From positions 307,578-371,577 of the forward strand of contig ONDM01000006.1 in assembly GCA_900316585.1 (NCBI GenBank): a stretch of 64,000 bases of DNA, given 5' to 3'. This DNA is from an uncultured Prevotellaceae bacterium. GTDB lineage: Bacteria > Bacteroidota > Bacteroidia > Bacteroidales > Bacteroidaceae. The notes beneath the pieces were generated by a model that made no database searches, was not told the origin of the DNA, and saw only the letters and a list, made by a program, of their open reading frames with translations. Shown piece after piece: positions 10,003-18,850 of the stretch. Each line of letters starts with the position of its first letter. Within the stretch, counting starts at the first letter, position 1. The translations under genes and the position numbers were made by a program.

Positions 10003-11343
10003 ATGAACGTAATCAATAAAAGCAGTTTAATACTGTTTAGCTTGTCTATGCTCTTTTTCGCAGGAAGCTGTACCACTGTTGATTTTGACGAAGTAATCGA
10101 AAGTGGAGAGAGCAGTAAGAGTAACCTGAAGATAATGACTCGGAGTTCTAATGCAGATGAACTTAATTATCCGGTTATTATCTATGCTTTTAATGAAGAT
10201 GGCGTACTAGAAGCAGAACAGGAATTGTCTTCTTCAGGTGAGAACCTTTCATTAGCATTGAATGAGGGACTTCATCACCTGGTGGCTTTATCAGATTATT
10301 CTGATTATACGATTCCTCAAAGTAAAAGCTATGAGAGTCTCATATCCATGCCAGAGGTGAATTATAGTAAGTCTGCCTTACGGATGGGAGCAGCAGATGT
10401 AAATATGAGATCGGGAAGTCAGACGACTAATATCAGTCTTTCATATGCAGTCTGTTCTATTAACCTTTCGCTTTCTAATGTTCCTTCCGACGTTAAGTCG
10501 GTAGCAGTAACTTTGTCAAATTTACATACAGCAAAGTCATTTAGTGGTAAAGATGCAGGAACTGAGACCATTACCGTGAATTGCAGTAAAGATAATGGAA
10601 TTTGGACTACAGGAAATTTCTATGTTTTTGGTAATAGCTCTAGTAGTTTGGTTCTTAGTATTTCTTTAACATCGTCAAATGGTACCAGTACTTACGGATA
10701 TACTTATAACACATCCTTGAAACCGGGTGTGCCATATCAGTTTAAAGGTTCTTACACTGAAGGGTTATCTGTGAATGGTAGTATCAATTTTGGTGGTTGG
10801 GGTGATTCTGTAGTGGCTGAGTTCAATTTCGGTCCTGGTTCAACCTCTGGGAAGTCTGATAAAGTAGAGCAGATCTCAGTAGCATCAATTCCTCAAGCTA
10901 AGACAATTTGGAAAGGTCATGTTGTGGCATGTGTGCAGAATCAGACAGAGACAGATGCAGATTTAATCTTGTTGAGCTTAAATGAATGGGCGGGAATGAC
11001 ATCCACTTATCATGCTACAAATCCAATGGCAGCACAATCTGTAGCAGATTCTTATGTTGAGACAGATATGGATAATTGGACTGTTCCAACAAAGGAACAA
11101 GCTTCTATCTTGAAGGGGTTATATTATGATGAAGAACTTTCCTCTTTAAATGCAACAATTGAATCTGCAGGTGGAGTGACTTTGTCTGTTGAAGACGAAA
11201 AGGGTTCCAATGTACGTTATCTTTGTGAAGATGCAACTTACACTTTTGTTTTCAAGAATAATTCAAGTATAACAAAAGCAGGGGCCACTGTTTCAACTTA
11301 CCATTTGCGTTTGGTAAAAGTAGTACATGTATCAACTGAATAG
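10003..11343 (+). CDS. lipoprotein with a fimbrillin-like N-terminal region and a DUF1566/FISUMP-like (lectin-fold) C-terminal region
   Basis: Lipobox FAGSC. The C-terminal segment DNWTVPTKEQASILKGLY resembles the W-x-[LV]-P-T-x-x-E motif of DUF1566-type domains. Confidence 0.4.
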   Translation: MNVINKSSLILFSLSMLFFAGSCTTVDFDEVIESGESSKSNLKIMTRSSNADELNYPVIIYAFNEDGVLEAEQELSSSGENLSLALNEGLHHLVALSDYSDYTIPQSKSYESLISMPEVNYSKSALRMGAADVNMRSGSQTTNISLSYAVCSINLSLSNVPSDVKSVAVTLSNLHTAKSFSGKDAGTETITVNCSKDNGIWTTGNFYVFGNSSSSLVLSISLTSSNGTSTYGYTYNTSLKPGVPYQFKGSYTEGLSVNGSINFGGWGDSVVAEFNFGPGSTSGKSDKVEQISVASIPQAKTIWKGHVVACVQNQTETDADLILLSLNEWAGMTSTYHATNPMAAQSVADSYVETDMDNWTVPTKEQASILKGLYYDEELSSLNATIESAGGVTLSVEDEKGSNVRYLCEDATYTFVFKNNSSITKAGATVSTYHLRLVKVVHVSTE

Positions 11344-11381
11344 AAAAAAGAGTGTGCTGCGTTAACAGCACACTCTTTTTT
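11344..11381. terminator. bidirectional rho-independent terminator
   Basis: aaaaaagagtgtgctg / cagcacactctttttt forms a perfect 16-bp stem with a 6-nt loop between convergent genes. Confidence 0.85.
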
Positions 11382-11431
11382 ACTTATAATTGCTATTCCA
11401 TTCATTCTTTCAAGTATGAATATTCATATAG

Positions 11432-13969
11432 TCAAAACAATTTTTCATTGTTTATCCTGAATAGATTGTAACTACCCAATAAAATCTTATTCAACCTAAG
11501 TTGCAGATAATCAGGATTATCTTTTATGAAATTCTTTACTTCGTTATAAGCTTCATTAGACCGGTGGTTACTCAGCAAAGAACTGCACCAGTTTCCAGGG
11601 AAGAAAATGTCTCCTGTTCTTTGGACTTCTTCTAGAGCATCCAATGCAGGACGTATGTATTTTACACTAAACTTCTCTCGAATCGGATGATTCAATAAAC
11701 TTAACACTTGACGTGACCATGGTTCTATTCGTCTGGCTTCTGGGTAGGTAATCAAACTGTTGAAAAGAGTGTCAAGAGCTATTGTGTCAGATATAGCAGC
11801 ACGACTGATGAAGTCAAATTGCCTTAAGCGGTCAGGGTCTTTAATCCTTTTCCTTTGAGAATTGAGAATCTCTTTACTCTTTTCTGGCTTTCTGATGGCA
11901 AGTTCATAGCTCATAGACATATAATCAGTAATGCCGAGTAACTCGTTACTTTCATTTTCCCAAATACTATAGATATGGTCTACCACGGTGTCAGAAATGG
12001 CATTTTTGTAGAGGAGACGAAGTAGCTGTACTCTAGTAGAATATAGTGGGTGGATTCCAGAAAGTTTCCACAGTTCATTTTCCTCTTCTGCTCTTTCTGT
12101 TTTTTGCAAATTGAGGAGTGGCTCCTGAAGGTATCCGATGATGGTAGATGCAGTGAGTGCATCCTTTTCCGTAACAAGTGCGTTACGTAAATTTTGAATC
12201 CACCTCTCATTACTGATTTTATTTGCAAGATAGTTTTCATGCAAGAGAGCCAGATAGGCATATTTACTTGTTTCATTGCTTTCTTCCATCCAACATTTCA
12301 GCAAACCGTCTAATTGCGCACGATTCAAGGTGATGAAGCCGTATCCTCTTCCATCTGAGTTAGGAAGTATCTGGGTATATTCGTATTCTTTTGGCAATGG
12401 TGTACTCCATTCGTTTTCAGTGCTGTTCAAGTGCACTGTAACAATGGTATCTGCATTAGTTGCCTTCAAATGGACTTGGAAAGACTGAGGCCAGTTGATG
12501 TCCCTATTGTAAGGATCATCTTGTGTTACTTCTAATTCTCCATTGTTCAGAGCTATCTGAATTTGAGGCATACCTTTTTGATTAACCCATACTTCACTGA
12601 ATGTTTTTAAGTCCTCTTCTGATTCTGCATTTAGAATTTGGATTAAATCATCCCATGTGGCATTACTATATTTATATTTGTTTATGTATTTTTGTATGCC
12701 ACGCTGAAAGGCTTCTTCACCCATTAGTTCCACCAGTTTCTTCATCATGACTGGTGCCTTGTTATAGATAATCTGGTTATAAATTAATCCAGCATTCTTC
12801 ATGTTGTCCAGATCTTGTCTGATGGCAGTACCACCTAATGTGTGATCCTCATTGAGAGCTGCTGCTGTATATGTTTTCATCCAGTTCAAGTCATGGTTGA
12901 TTTGTGGAAAGAGAGGGGTTGTGATGGCTGCTGCAAAATAGTTTGCAAACACTTCTTTAGTCCATACGTCATCAAACCAGTCCATGGTAACACAGTCTCC
13001 AAACCACATGTGACTGGTTTCATGTGCTATCAGTTGTGCACGGGACAGTTCCTCATCAGGAGTAGGGTGCTCATTCAGGAAAAGTCTGGTGTCATTGTAA
13101 AAAGTGGCACCGGTGTGTTCCATTCCTCCAAACTGGAATCCAGGAAGAACCACGAAATCATATTTGGCAAACGGATAGGGCATTCCAGTGAAGTCTTCCT
13201 GCCATTCCAAGGAATAGAGTACTTGCTGGAAAATTGTTGGCAGTTGTGCTATTCTTTTAGGGTCTGTTTCCCTACAGTATGCTCCAATCGTTCTTCCGTT
13301 TTCGGTATAGGTGTAATGCGAGAATTTACCTGCTGCAAAAGCAAAGAGGTAGGTGCTTAGTGGCTCAGTCTGTGCAAAATGCATGACTTTGCTTGTCTCT
13401 AGCGTGTCGATTTTCTGGCAAAAAGTGTTGGTTACAGCTTCCCATTCAGTAGGAATTTCAAGGGTTAGGGTGAACAAAGCCTTCAAGTTTGGTTGTTCCA
13501 TACATGGAAAGGCAGTTCGGGCACGGTCTGGGACAAAGAGGGTATACATATAGTCCTCATTTCTGTTGAGGCTCTGATTACCTGCCGTAAAATTGATAAT
13601 CACCTGATTTTGCCCTTGTAGCATGTGCCTCTCTGGCAGAATGATGTGCTCTTTTTCAATTTTGCAGTCGACCTCATTCCCGTTAATCTGTACTGTTTTG
13701 ATCTTTTCTGGATTTTCACGGAAATCCAAAACTACTTCCTGTGCCTTATCCAACTGAAAACAAATGGTGTCAATGCCTCTAATATCCTGGTTCTTTTCAG
13801 CAGGAATGACAAACCCTAAATTATACTTCAGTTCATGAATGGTAGCCTTTCTATGTTGGGCAAGTTCCAAGGATACGCCTTCATCATAGAAATGACTGTC
13901 TTCTATAGATTTGCTGCAGGAGCAGATAAATGATGCTATCGCTCCAAAAATTAAATAATGTAGTTTCAT
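11432..13969 (-). CDS. M1-family zinc aminopeptidase (lipoprotein)
   Basis: GGMEHTG exopeptidase motif and HETSHMWFGD zinc site with a downstream E. The start is set at MKLHYLIFGAIASFICSCS. The TACATTTG -7 box at 13977-13984 (minus strand) lies inside the longer tracked ORF, which argues against the longer start. Confidence 0.9.
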   Translation of the reverse strand: MKLHYLIFGAIASFICSCSKSIEDSHFYDEGVSLELAQHRKATIHELKYNLGFVIPAEKNQDIRGIDTICFQLDKAQEVVLDFRENPEKIKTVQINGNEVDCKIEKEHIILPERHMLQGQNQVIINFTAGNQSLNRNEDYMYTLFVPDRARTAFPCMEQPNLKALFTLTLEIPTEWEAVTNTFCQKIDTLETSKVMHFAQTEPLSTYLFAFAAGKFSHYTYTENGRTIGAYCRETDPKRIAQLPTIFQQVLYSLEWQEDFTGMPYPFAKYDFVVLPGFQFGGMEHTGATFYNDTRLFLNEHPTPDEELSRAQLIAHETSHMWFGDCVTMDWFDDVWTKEVFANYFAAAITTPLFPQINHDLNWMKTYTAAALNEDHTLGGTAIRQDLDNMKNAGLIYNQIIYNKAPVMMKKLVELMGEEAFQRGIQKYINKYKYSNATWDDLIQILNAESEEDLKTFSEVWVNQKGMPQIQIALNNGELEVTQDDPYNRDINWPQSFQVHLKATNADTIVTVHLNSTENEWSTPLPKEYEYTQILPNSDGRGYGFITLNRAQLDGLLKCWMEESNETSKYAYLALLHENYLANKISNERWIQNLRNALVTEKDALTASTIIGYLQEPLLNLQKTERAEEENELWKLSGIHPLYSTRVQLLRLLYKNAISDTVVDHIYSIWENESNELLGITDYMSMSYELAIRKPEKSKEILNSQRKRIKDPDRLRQFDFISRAAISDTIALDTLFNSLITYPEARRIEPWSRQVLSLLNHPIREKFSVKYIRPALDALEEVQRTGDIFFPGNWCSSLLSNHRSNEAYNEVKNFIKDNPDYLQLRLNKILLGSYNLFRINNEKLF

Positions 13970-14091
13970 GGTTACGCAAATGTACGATAATAAATTGTAA
14001 ACACCAATAAATGGAGGATTTTTAGTTTTCACGGTGAATAGAAATTACACCTGTTTCCATCTTTTGCAATTCGGTTGCATAAACTTTGTCT

Positions 14092-14099
14092 TACCTTTG
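14092..14099 (+). promoter_or_regulatory. -7 promoter box (TACCTTTG) for the metal ATPase
   Basis: Matches TAnnTTTG and lies 27 nt upstream of the ATG at 14126. Confidence 0.5.
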
Positions 14100-14125
14100 T
14101 AGCGAAATTAGTAAACGTATATAAT

Positions 14126-16060
14126 ATGGAGCATCATCATAGTCATGAGCATCACCATCACCATGAAGAGGGTGAAGAGGGTTTAAAAGGAAAGATTATT
14201 CTTATTGCAGTCACCATAGTACTGCTTATAGGGGCAGTTCTTATAGAGAAGAATTTCAATTTGCCAACTTGGCAATTGTTGCTTATTTATTTGGTTCCAT
14301 ATCTTTTAGTGGGGCATGATACGTTGAAAGAAGCTGTGGAAGGAGTTCTCCATGGAGATGCTTTCAATGAAGATTTCTTAATGTCTATTGCTACAATTGG
14401 AGCCTTGGGTATTGGTTTTTTTGAAGGTGCTGAGAATCAGTTTCCTGAAGCAGTTTTTGTGATGTTATTCTTTCAGATAGGAGAGTTGTTTGAAAGCTAT
14501 GCTGAAGGCAAAAGTAAGGACAGTATTTCTCACCTGATGGATATCCGTCCAGATGTGGCAAACGTGGTAAGAAACGGACAAGTTCTCTCAGTTTCTCCCG
14601 ATCAAGTAGAAGTTGGTGAGACAATTTTGATTAAACCGGGTGAAAAAGTACCATTGGATGGATTTGTGGTTGAAGGCAGCACTTCATTGAATACAGTAGC
14701 TCTTACAGGGGAGAGTATGCCCCGTGACATAACTGTAGAGGATGAGGTGATATCCGGCTGTGTGAACATATCCGGTGTGATAAAGGTTCGTACCACCAAG
14801 AGTTTTGGTGAAAGCACAGTATCTAAGATTATTGACTTGATGCAGAATGCCAGTGAACATAAATCCAAGAGTGAGAATTTCATCTCCAAGTTTGCACGGA
14901 TCTATACACCTGTTGTGGTGTTTGCAGCTATAGCTGTGGCACTACTTCCTCCTTTATTCTCTGGAGATTTCACTGGGAATTTCACTACCTGGTTCTACAG
15001 GGCATTGATGTTTCTGATATGTTCTTGCCCTTGTGCCTTGGTTATCAGTGTTCCATTGGCATTTTTTGGAGGCTTGGGTGGTGCATCCCGGAAAGGTATC
15101 TTGGTGAAAGGCTCTAATTATCTGGAGGAACTTACAAAGTTGGATACGGTAGTCTTTGACAAGACAGGTACCCTGACTCACGGACAGTTTGCGGTAGTAG
15201 CTGTTCATCCAGATAAGTTCAGTGAACATCACTTGCTCCATCTGGCTGCTCATGTGGAGCATTTTTCCACACATCCCATTGCAGCAGCCCTTCGTGATGC
15301 ATTTCCGGAAGAAGCCACTGATGGATGTGTGGTGAAAGATGTGGAAGAAGTGGCAGGACATGGCATTCGTGCTCTTGTCGGAGATGATGTTGTCTGTGTG
15401 GGAAATCAGAAGATGATGGAAAGCATTGGGGTAGAATGGAAGAATTGTGAACATGTCGGCACGATTATCCATGTAGCCATTAACGGTGCTTATGCTGGTC
15501 ATATTGTCATCAGTGACAAGATAAAAGAAGACAGTGCTGAAGCTATTGAAGAACTTCACAGATTAGGTGTAAGGAAGACTGTCATGCTGACTGGTGACCG
15601 GAAGGAAGTGGGAGAATCCGTTGCTAAGGAATTAGGGTTGAGCAATTATTATGCTGAGCTTCTTCCTGCTGATAAGGTAGAGCATTTGGAGCAGTTATTG
15701 AAGGAGAAGCCAGCAGACAAATATTTGGCATTTGTAGGCGATGGCATCAATGATGCTCCTGTACTAGCTCGTGCTGATTTGGGCATTGCTATGGGAGGAT
15801 TGGGTAGTGATGCTGCTATAGAGGCTGCAGATGTGGTACTTATGGACGATAAGCCATCGAAGATTGCTACAGCTATAGGCATTGCCAAAAAGACGTTGAG
15901 CATTGCTCGCACCAATGTATGGTTTGCTATTGGTGTGAAGATAGCAGTGCTGATTCTTGCTACACTTGGTTTGGCAAATATGTGGATGGCAGTCTTTGCA
16001 GATGTAGGTGTTACCGTTTTGGCTGTCTTGAATTCCATGAGGGCTTTGAGGGTGGATTGA
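14126..16060 (+). CDS. heavy-metal (Zn/Cd/Co-type) translocating P1B-type ATPase with a His-rich N-terminus
   Basis: Starts MEHHHSHEHHHHHEEGEEG. Carries the CPC transmembrane motif (CSCPCALVIS), DKTGTLT, HP (STHPIA) and GDGINDAP. The tracked TTG start at 14075 is rejected in favour of the ATG at 14126. Confidence 0.9.
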   Translation: MEHHHSHEHHHHHEEGEEGLKGKIILIAVTIVLLIGAVLIEKNFNLPTWQLLLIYLVPYLLVGHDTLKEAVEGVLHGDAFNEDFLMSIATIGALGIGFFEGAENQFPEAVFVMLFFQIGELFESYAEGKSKDSISHLMDIRPDVANVVRNGQVLSVSPDQVEVGETILIKPGEKVPLDGFVVEGSTSLNTVALTGESMPRDITVEDEVISGCVNISGVIKVRTTKSFGESTVSKIIDLMQNASEHKSKSENFISKFARIYTPVVVFAAIAVALLPPLFSGDFTGNFTTWFYRALMFLICSCPCALVISVPLAFFGGLGGASRKGILVKGSNYLEELTKLDTVVFDKTGTLTHGQFAVVAVHPDKFSEHHLLHLAAHVEHFSTHPIAAALRDAFPEEATDGCVVKDVEEVAGHGIRALVGDDVVCVGNQKMMESIGVEWKNCEHVGTIIHVAINGAYAGHIVISDKIKEDSAEAIEELHRLGVRKTVMLTGDRKEVGESVAKELGLSNYYAELLPADKVEHLEQLLKEKPADKYLAFVGDGINDAPVLARADLGIAMGGLGSDAAIEAADVVLMDDKPSKIATAIGIAKKTLSIARTNVWFAIGVKIAVLILATLGLANMWMAVFADVGVTVLAVLNSMRALRVD

Positions 16061-16125
16061 TATATTTATTTAAATAAAAAGCAAGAAGAGAAGCCACCTA
16101 ATTGTGCATATTCTGAATTTTATAG

Positions 16126-16133
16126 TAACTTTG
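16126..16133 (+). promoter_or_regulatory. -7 promoter box (TAACTTTG) for the lipoprotein/TonB-receptor cluster
   Basis: Matches TAnnTTTG and lies 21 nt upstream of the ATG at 16154. Confidence 0.55.
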
Positions 16134-16153
16134 CACCATTAAACCAGTAATGT

Positions 16154-17296
16154 ATGTCAAAGAAACTATATAGCTTTATTTTATTGCTATGCATGTTGGT
16201 GGTGTCATGTTCCGGTGGAGGAGATGATATAAATCCTACTCCGTCTCCAACTCCAACTCCTACACCCACTCCTGATGTTCCTACATCAGAAGGGGTGTTC
16301 ATATTGAACGAGGGCAATCTGAATGCTGGCAATTCCACCCTGTCTTTTTATAACCCTTCAACCAAGGTGGTGAAAAATGGCATATTTTCCTCTACTAATA
16401 GCCGTAAGCTGGGAGATACAGGGCAGAGCATGACTCTTTATAAGGGAACCTTATGGATAGCTGTGGAGAATAGTGGCATCCTCTGGGCCATTGATGCTGA
16501 GACTTTTAAGGTAAAAGGACAGATAGAAGCCAATGGTGATGACAATGTCATGCATAATCCTCGGTACATTCATTTCTTGAGTGATACGAAAGCATATGTG
16601 ACCGACCTTTACTCTCCTTATATTACCATCATCAACCCAGAAACTTATAAGAAAACGGGGAATATTCCTACAGGGCAGACTGCCATGTATGACTATGCTT
16701 CTACAGAACAGATGGTGCAGTATGGTGATTACGTCTTTACAAATTGCTGGAGTTATAGCAATAAGCTTCTGGTCATTGACAGCAAGAAAGATAAAGTGGT
16801 GAAAGAAATAGAGCTGACCACCTGGCAGCCTAAGTCTCTCGTACTGGATGCTAATGGTAAGATTTGGGTTATCACAGATGGTGGCTATTCCTATGGAGGA
16901 GAGAGTTTCAGTGACAATGTGCCTCATTTGTATAAGATTAATGCAGCAACTTTTGAAATAGAATCTGATCAGATTCTGGATACAGATGAAGCCAATGTAC
17001 AGTTGGCCTTGAATGGGGACAGAACCACACTCTACATCTTGAACAATGATATTTTCCGCATGAGCATCAATGATTCTCAGATGCCTGTATTTCCATTTAT
17101 CTCTGCACCATTGGACAATAATGGTAGGCGTCATTATCTTTATGGGTTGTCTGTCAATCCTAAAAACGGAGAGATTTATGTTGCAGATGCCATAGATTAC
17201 AGTCAGAGTGGTGTGTGCTACCGATATAGTTCAGATGGTGAGCTAATTGATAAGTTCAGGGTGGGTATTAATCCCAATCAATTTGTATTCAAATGA
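16154..17296 (+). CDS. surface lipoprotein, YncE-like beta-propeller (DUF5074-type) with a Pro/Thr linker
   Basis: Lipobox VVSC followed by GGGDD. A TPSPTPTPTPTPD linker follows. Repeated blade-like segments (…LWIAVENSG…, …IWVITDGG…, …IYVADAID…) are present. Confidence 0.55.
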   Translation: MSKKLYSFILLLCMLVVSCSGGGDDINPTPSPTPTPTPTPDVPTSEGVFILNEGNLNAGNSTLSFYNPSTKVVKNGIFSSTNSRKLGDTGQSMTLYKGTLWIAVENSGILWAIDAETFKVKGQIEANGDDNVMHNPRYIHFLSDTKAYVTDLYSPYITIINPETYKKTGNIPTGQTAMYDYASTEQMVQYGDYVFTNCWSYSNKLLVIDSKKDKVVKEIELTTWQPKSLVLDANGKIWVITDGGYSYGGESFSDNVPHLYKINAATFEIESDQILDTDEANVQLALNGDRTTLYILNNDIFRMSINDSQMPVFPFISAPLDNNGRRHYLYGLSVNPKNGEIYVADAIDYSQSGVCYRYSSDGELIDKFRVGINPNQFVFK

Positions 17297-18786
17297 AAAA
17301 GTTTCTGCTTTTGTTCATAGGTGCCGTAGTTCTTTTTTCCTGTAAGGATGATAAGGAAGAAGAAATGGGCCTTCCACCAGTGATTAACTTGGAAGAAAAT
17401 CGTTATTATGTAGAAGTGGGTGCCAGCCAGGTGATTTCTCCTACTTATGAGAATACCGACAATGAAACGTTGTACTTATGGACTAGGGACGGGAAACAGG
17501 TAGGACATGAACCGACCTACACTTTTAAAATGTCCACAGCAGGAACCTATTATCTGAAGGTGTCTGTGACCAATAAATACGGTTCTGCTTCAGCAGATAT
17601 CAGGGTGGAGGTGATGGAGGCAGAGAAAGACCCGGAAGAGGGCGCATATATTCCTGAACCCTCTACAGATTTCTCATGGGAATTCCCTGCAACAGAGATT
17701 AACATGGCTGAGGGAAGAACTTATAAGGTGAAGGCATATTTCATACAGAATGATAATCAGGCAAGCTATACCTGGACACTGAATGGGGTTACAGTCAGTG
17801 AGGCTGCTACTAAGGATGAAAAACCTGTGGAGTATGTTCTTTCTGGATTGTCACGAGGTGATTACGAATTGGCATTGACCATGCAGAATGAAACGGAATC
17901 CCATACTCAAGTGTTTAATGTCCATGTCTGCCCTCCTGAAGGAACCTATAGGCGTGGCACATCCTCTGCCAGCCAGGCTATGGTGAATAAGGTTTATGAG
18001 TACATGCCAGCCCCTGGGCATCAGGTCAACGGTTATAGGATAGTAGGTGATTTCGGTCCAGATGGAATGACAATGAAGCAGGCATGTGACAGCGTCTATG
18101 CTCATTTCCAACGACAGTGGATGGTTTCTTTGGGTGCTCAAGGTGGTTACCTGATAGCAGGTTTTGACCACAGCGTGGAGAATTCCGGTGGTGACTACGA
18201 CCTGTGCATCAAAAGTAATCCATACAGTTATCAGAACGAGCCTGGCATTATTTGGGTAAGTCAGGATGAGAACGGTGACGGTCTTCCCAATGATACATGG
18301 TTTGAATTGGCAGGCTCTGAATATAATACAGAGAATGAGATTTTGGAATATGCCATTACTTACTATAAGCCAATAGAAGGGAAGAAACCTATTTATTGGG
18401 TTGATAATCAGGGTAATCATGGAGTCGTACCTCACATGGATTATTGGAATCCCCATCCTTCGTATTGGCAGGATTGGGTAGAAGGGAAGCAGAAAACTTA
18501 CTTTGGCTCTTTCCTGAAGAACTATGTAACTTATTCAGGAGGGGTAAGCGATGAACCCGCATTTGAATGGGGATATGCTGACCAGGCGGGTTCAGACTAT
18601 TTCAACGGGAAGATTGGTAATAGTGGCTACTTTAAAATCTCAAATGCAAAGACTTGGGATGGTAAGGATGCCAGCCTGCAGTATATCGATTTTGTGAAGA
18701 TACAGACAGCACAGGCTGCTTATACGAATAATTTGGGAGAAGTTTCCACAGAGGTATATTATATTTCGGATTTTCACTTAGAATAA
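17293..18786 (+). CDS. surface lipoprotein with two PKD/Ig-like repeats and a conserved roughly 280-aa C-terminal domain
   Basis: The ATGA start/stop overlap with the upstream gene suggests translational coupling. Lipobox LFSC is followed by KDDKEEE, which resembles a Bacteroidetes lipoprotein surface-export signal. There are two Ig-like repeats of about 85 aa. Confidence 0.55.
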   Translation: MKKFLLLFIGAVVLFSCKDDKEEEMGLPPVINLEENRYYVEVGASQVISPTYENTDNETLYLWTRDGKQVGHEPTYTFKMSTAGTYYLKVSVTNKYGSASADIRVEVMEAEKDPEEGAYIPEPSTDFSWEFPATEINMAEGRTYKVKAYFIQNDNQASYTWTLNGVTVSEAATKDEKPVEYVLSGLSRGDYELALTMQNETESHTQVFNVHVCPPEGTYRRGTSSASQAMVNKVYEYMPAPGHQVNGYRIVGDFGPDGMTMKQACDSVYAHFQRQWMVSLGAQGGYLIAGFDHSVENSGGDYDLCIKSNPYSYQNEPGIIWVSQDENGDGLPNDTWFELAGSEYNTENEILEYAITYYKPIEGKKPIYWVDNQGNHGVVPHMDYWNPHPSYWQDWVEGKQKTYFGSFLKNYVTYSGGVSDEPAFEWGYADQAGSDYFNGKIGNSGYFKISNAKTWDGKDASLQYIDFVKIQTAQAAYTNNLGEVSTEVYYISDFHLE

Positions 18787-18796
18787 TAAGCTTTTA

Positions 18797-18840
18797 TTCG
18801 GGAGGTAAAAAATTCTCCTTCGGGAGAAATATTTTTCTCC
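18797..18840 (+). repeat. tandem 22-nt repeat, each unit forming a small stem-loop (TTCGGGAG-N8-TTCTCC)
   Basis: ttcgggaggtaaaaaattctcc (18797-18818) is followed directly by ttcgggagaaatatttttctcc (18819-18840). The repeat lies in the 64-nt gap before the TonB-dependent receptor gene. Confidence 0.6.
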
Positions 18841-18850
18841 TTCTAGGAAA

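Noticed and set aside
14075-14125. N-terminal extensions from non-ATG starts in the ORF track: TTG at 14075, 23420, 25582, 62702 and 63943, GTG at 42810, and upstream ATGs at 5439, 7802, 14032, 31827, 36221, 36405 and 61998.
   Set aside because: In each case an internal ATG gives a canonical signal peptide or family-typical N-terminus. A TAnnTTTG -7 box or the neighbouring gene's coding sequence often lies inside the extension. At 63943 the TTG is simply an internal Leu of a gene that continues past the window.
16061-16153. Possible cobalamin or other riboswitch, or a Zur/Fur box, ahead of the lipoprotein/TBDT cluster. This includes the AT-only palindrome TTTATTTAAATAAA at 16065-16078.
   Set aside because: Only about 20 nt separate the -7 box from the start codon, which leaves no room for a riboswitch. 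The palindrome is pure A/T, lies directly after the ATPase stop and could arise by chance or act as a weak terminator. It has no resemblance to a defined Fur/Zur consensus that I could assert.
16120-16338. Minus-strand 72-aa ORF with a GVGVGVGVGDGVG repeat, and the underlying imperfect ACTCCN tandem DNA repeat.
   Set aside because: It is the antisense reading of the Pro/Thr linker (TPSPTPTPTPTPD) of the plus-strand lipoprotein gene. The repeat is explained by that coding linker, so it is not an independent gene or VNTR feature.
12842-18456. Long antisense ORFs inside well-supported genes: 12842-13360 (+), 14954-15559 (-), 15649-16038 (-), 16451-17134 (-) and 17851-18456 (-). Similar ORFs occur throughout the track.
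   Set aside because: Each lies entirely within, and opposite to, a gene with strong family motifs (M1 peptidase, P-type ATPase, lipoproteins). Their translations are low-complexity or Cys/His/Ile-rich and show no motifs, signal peptides or promoter boxes.
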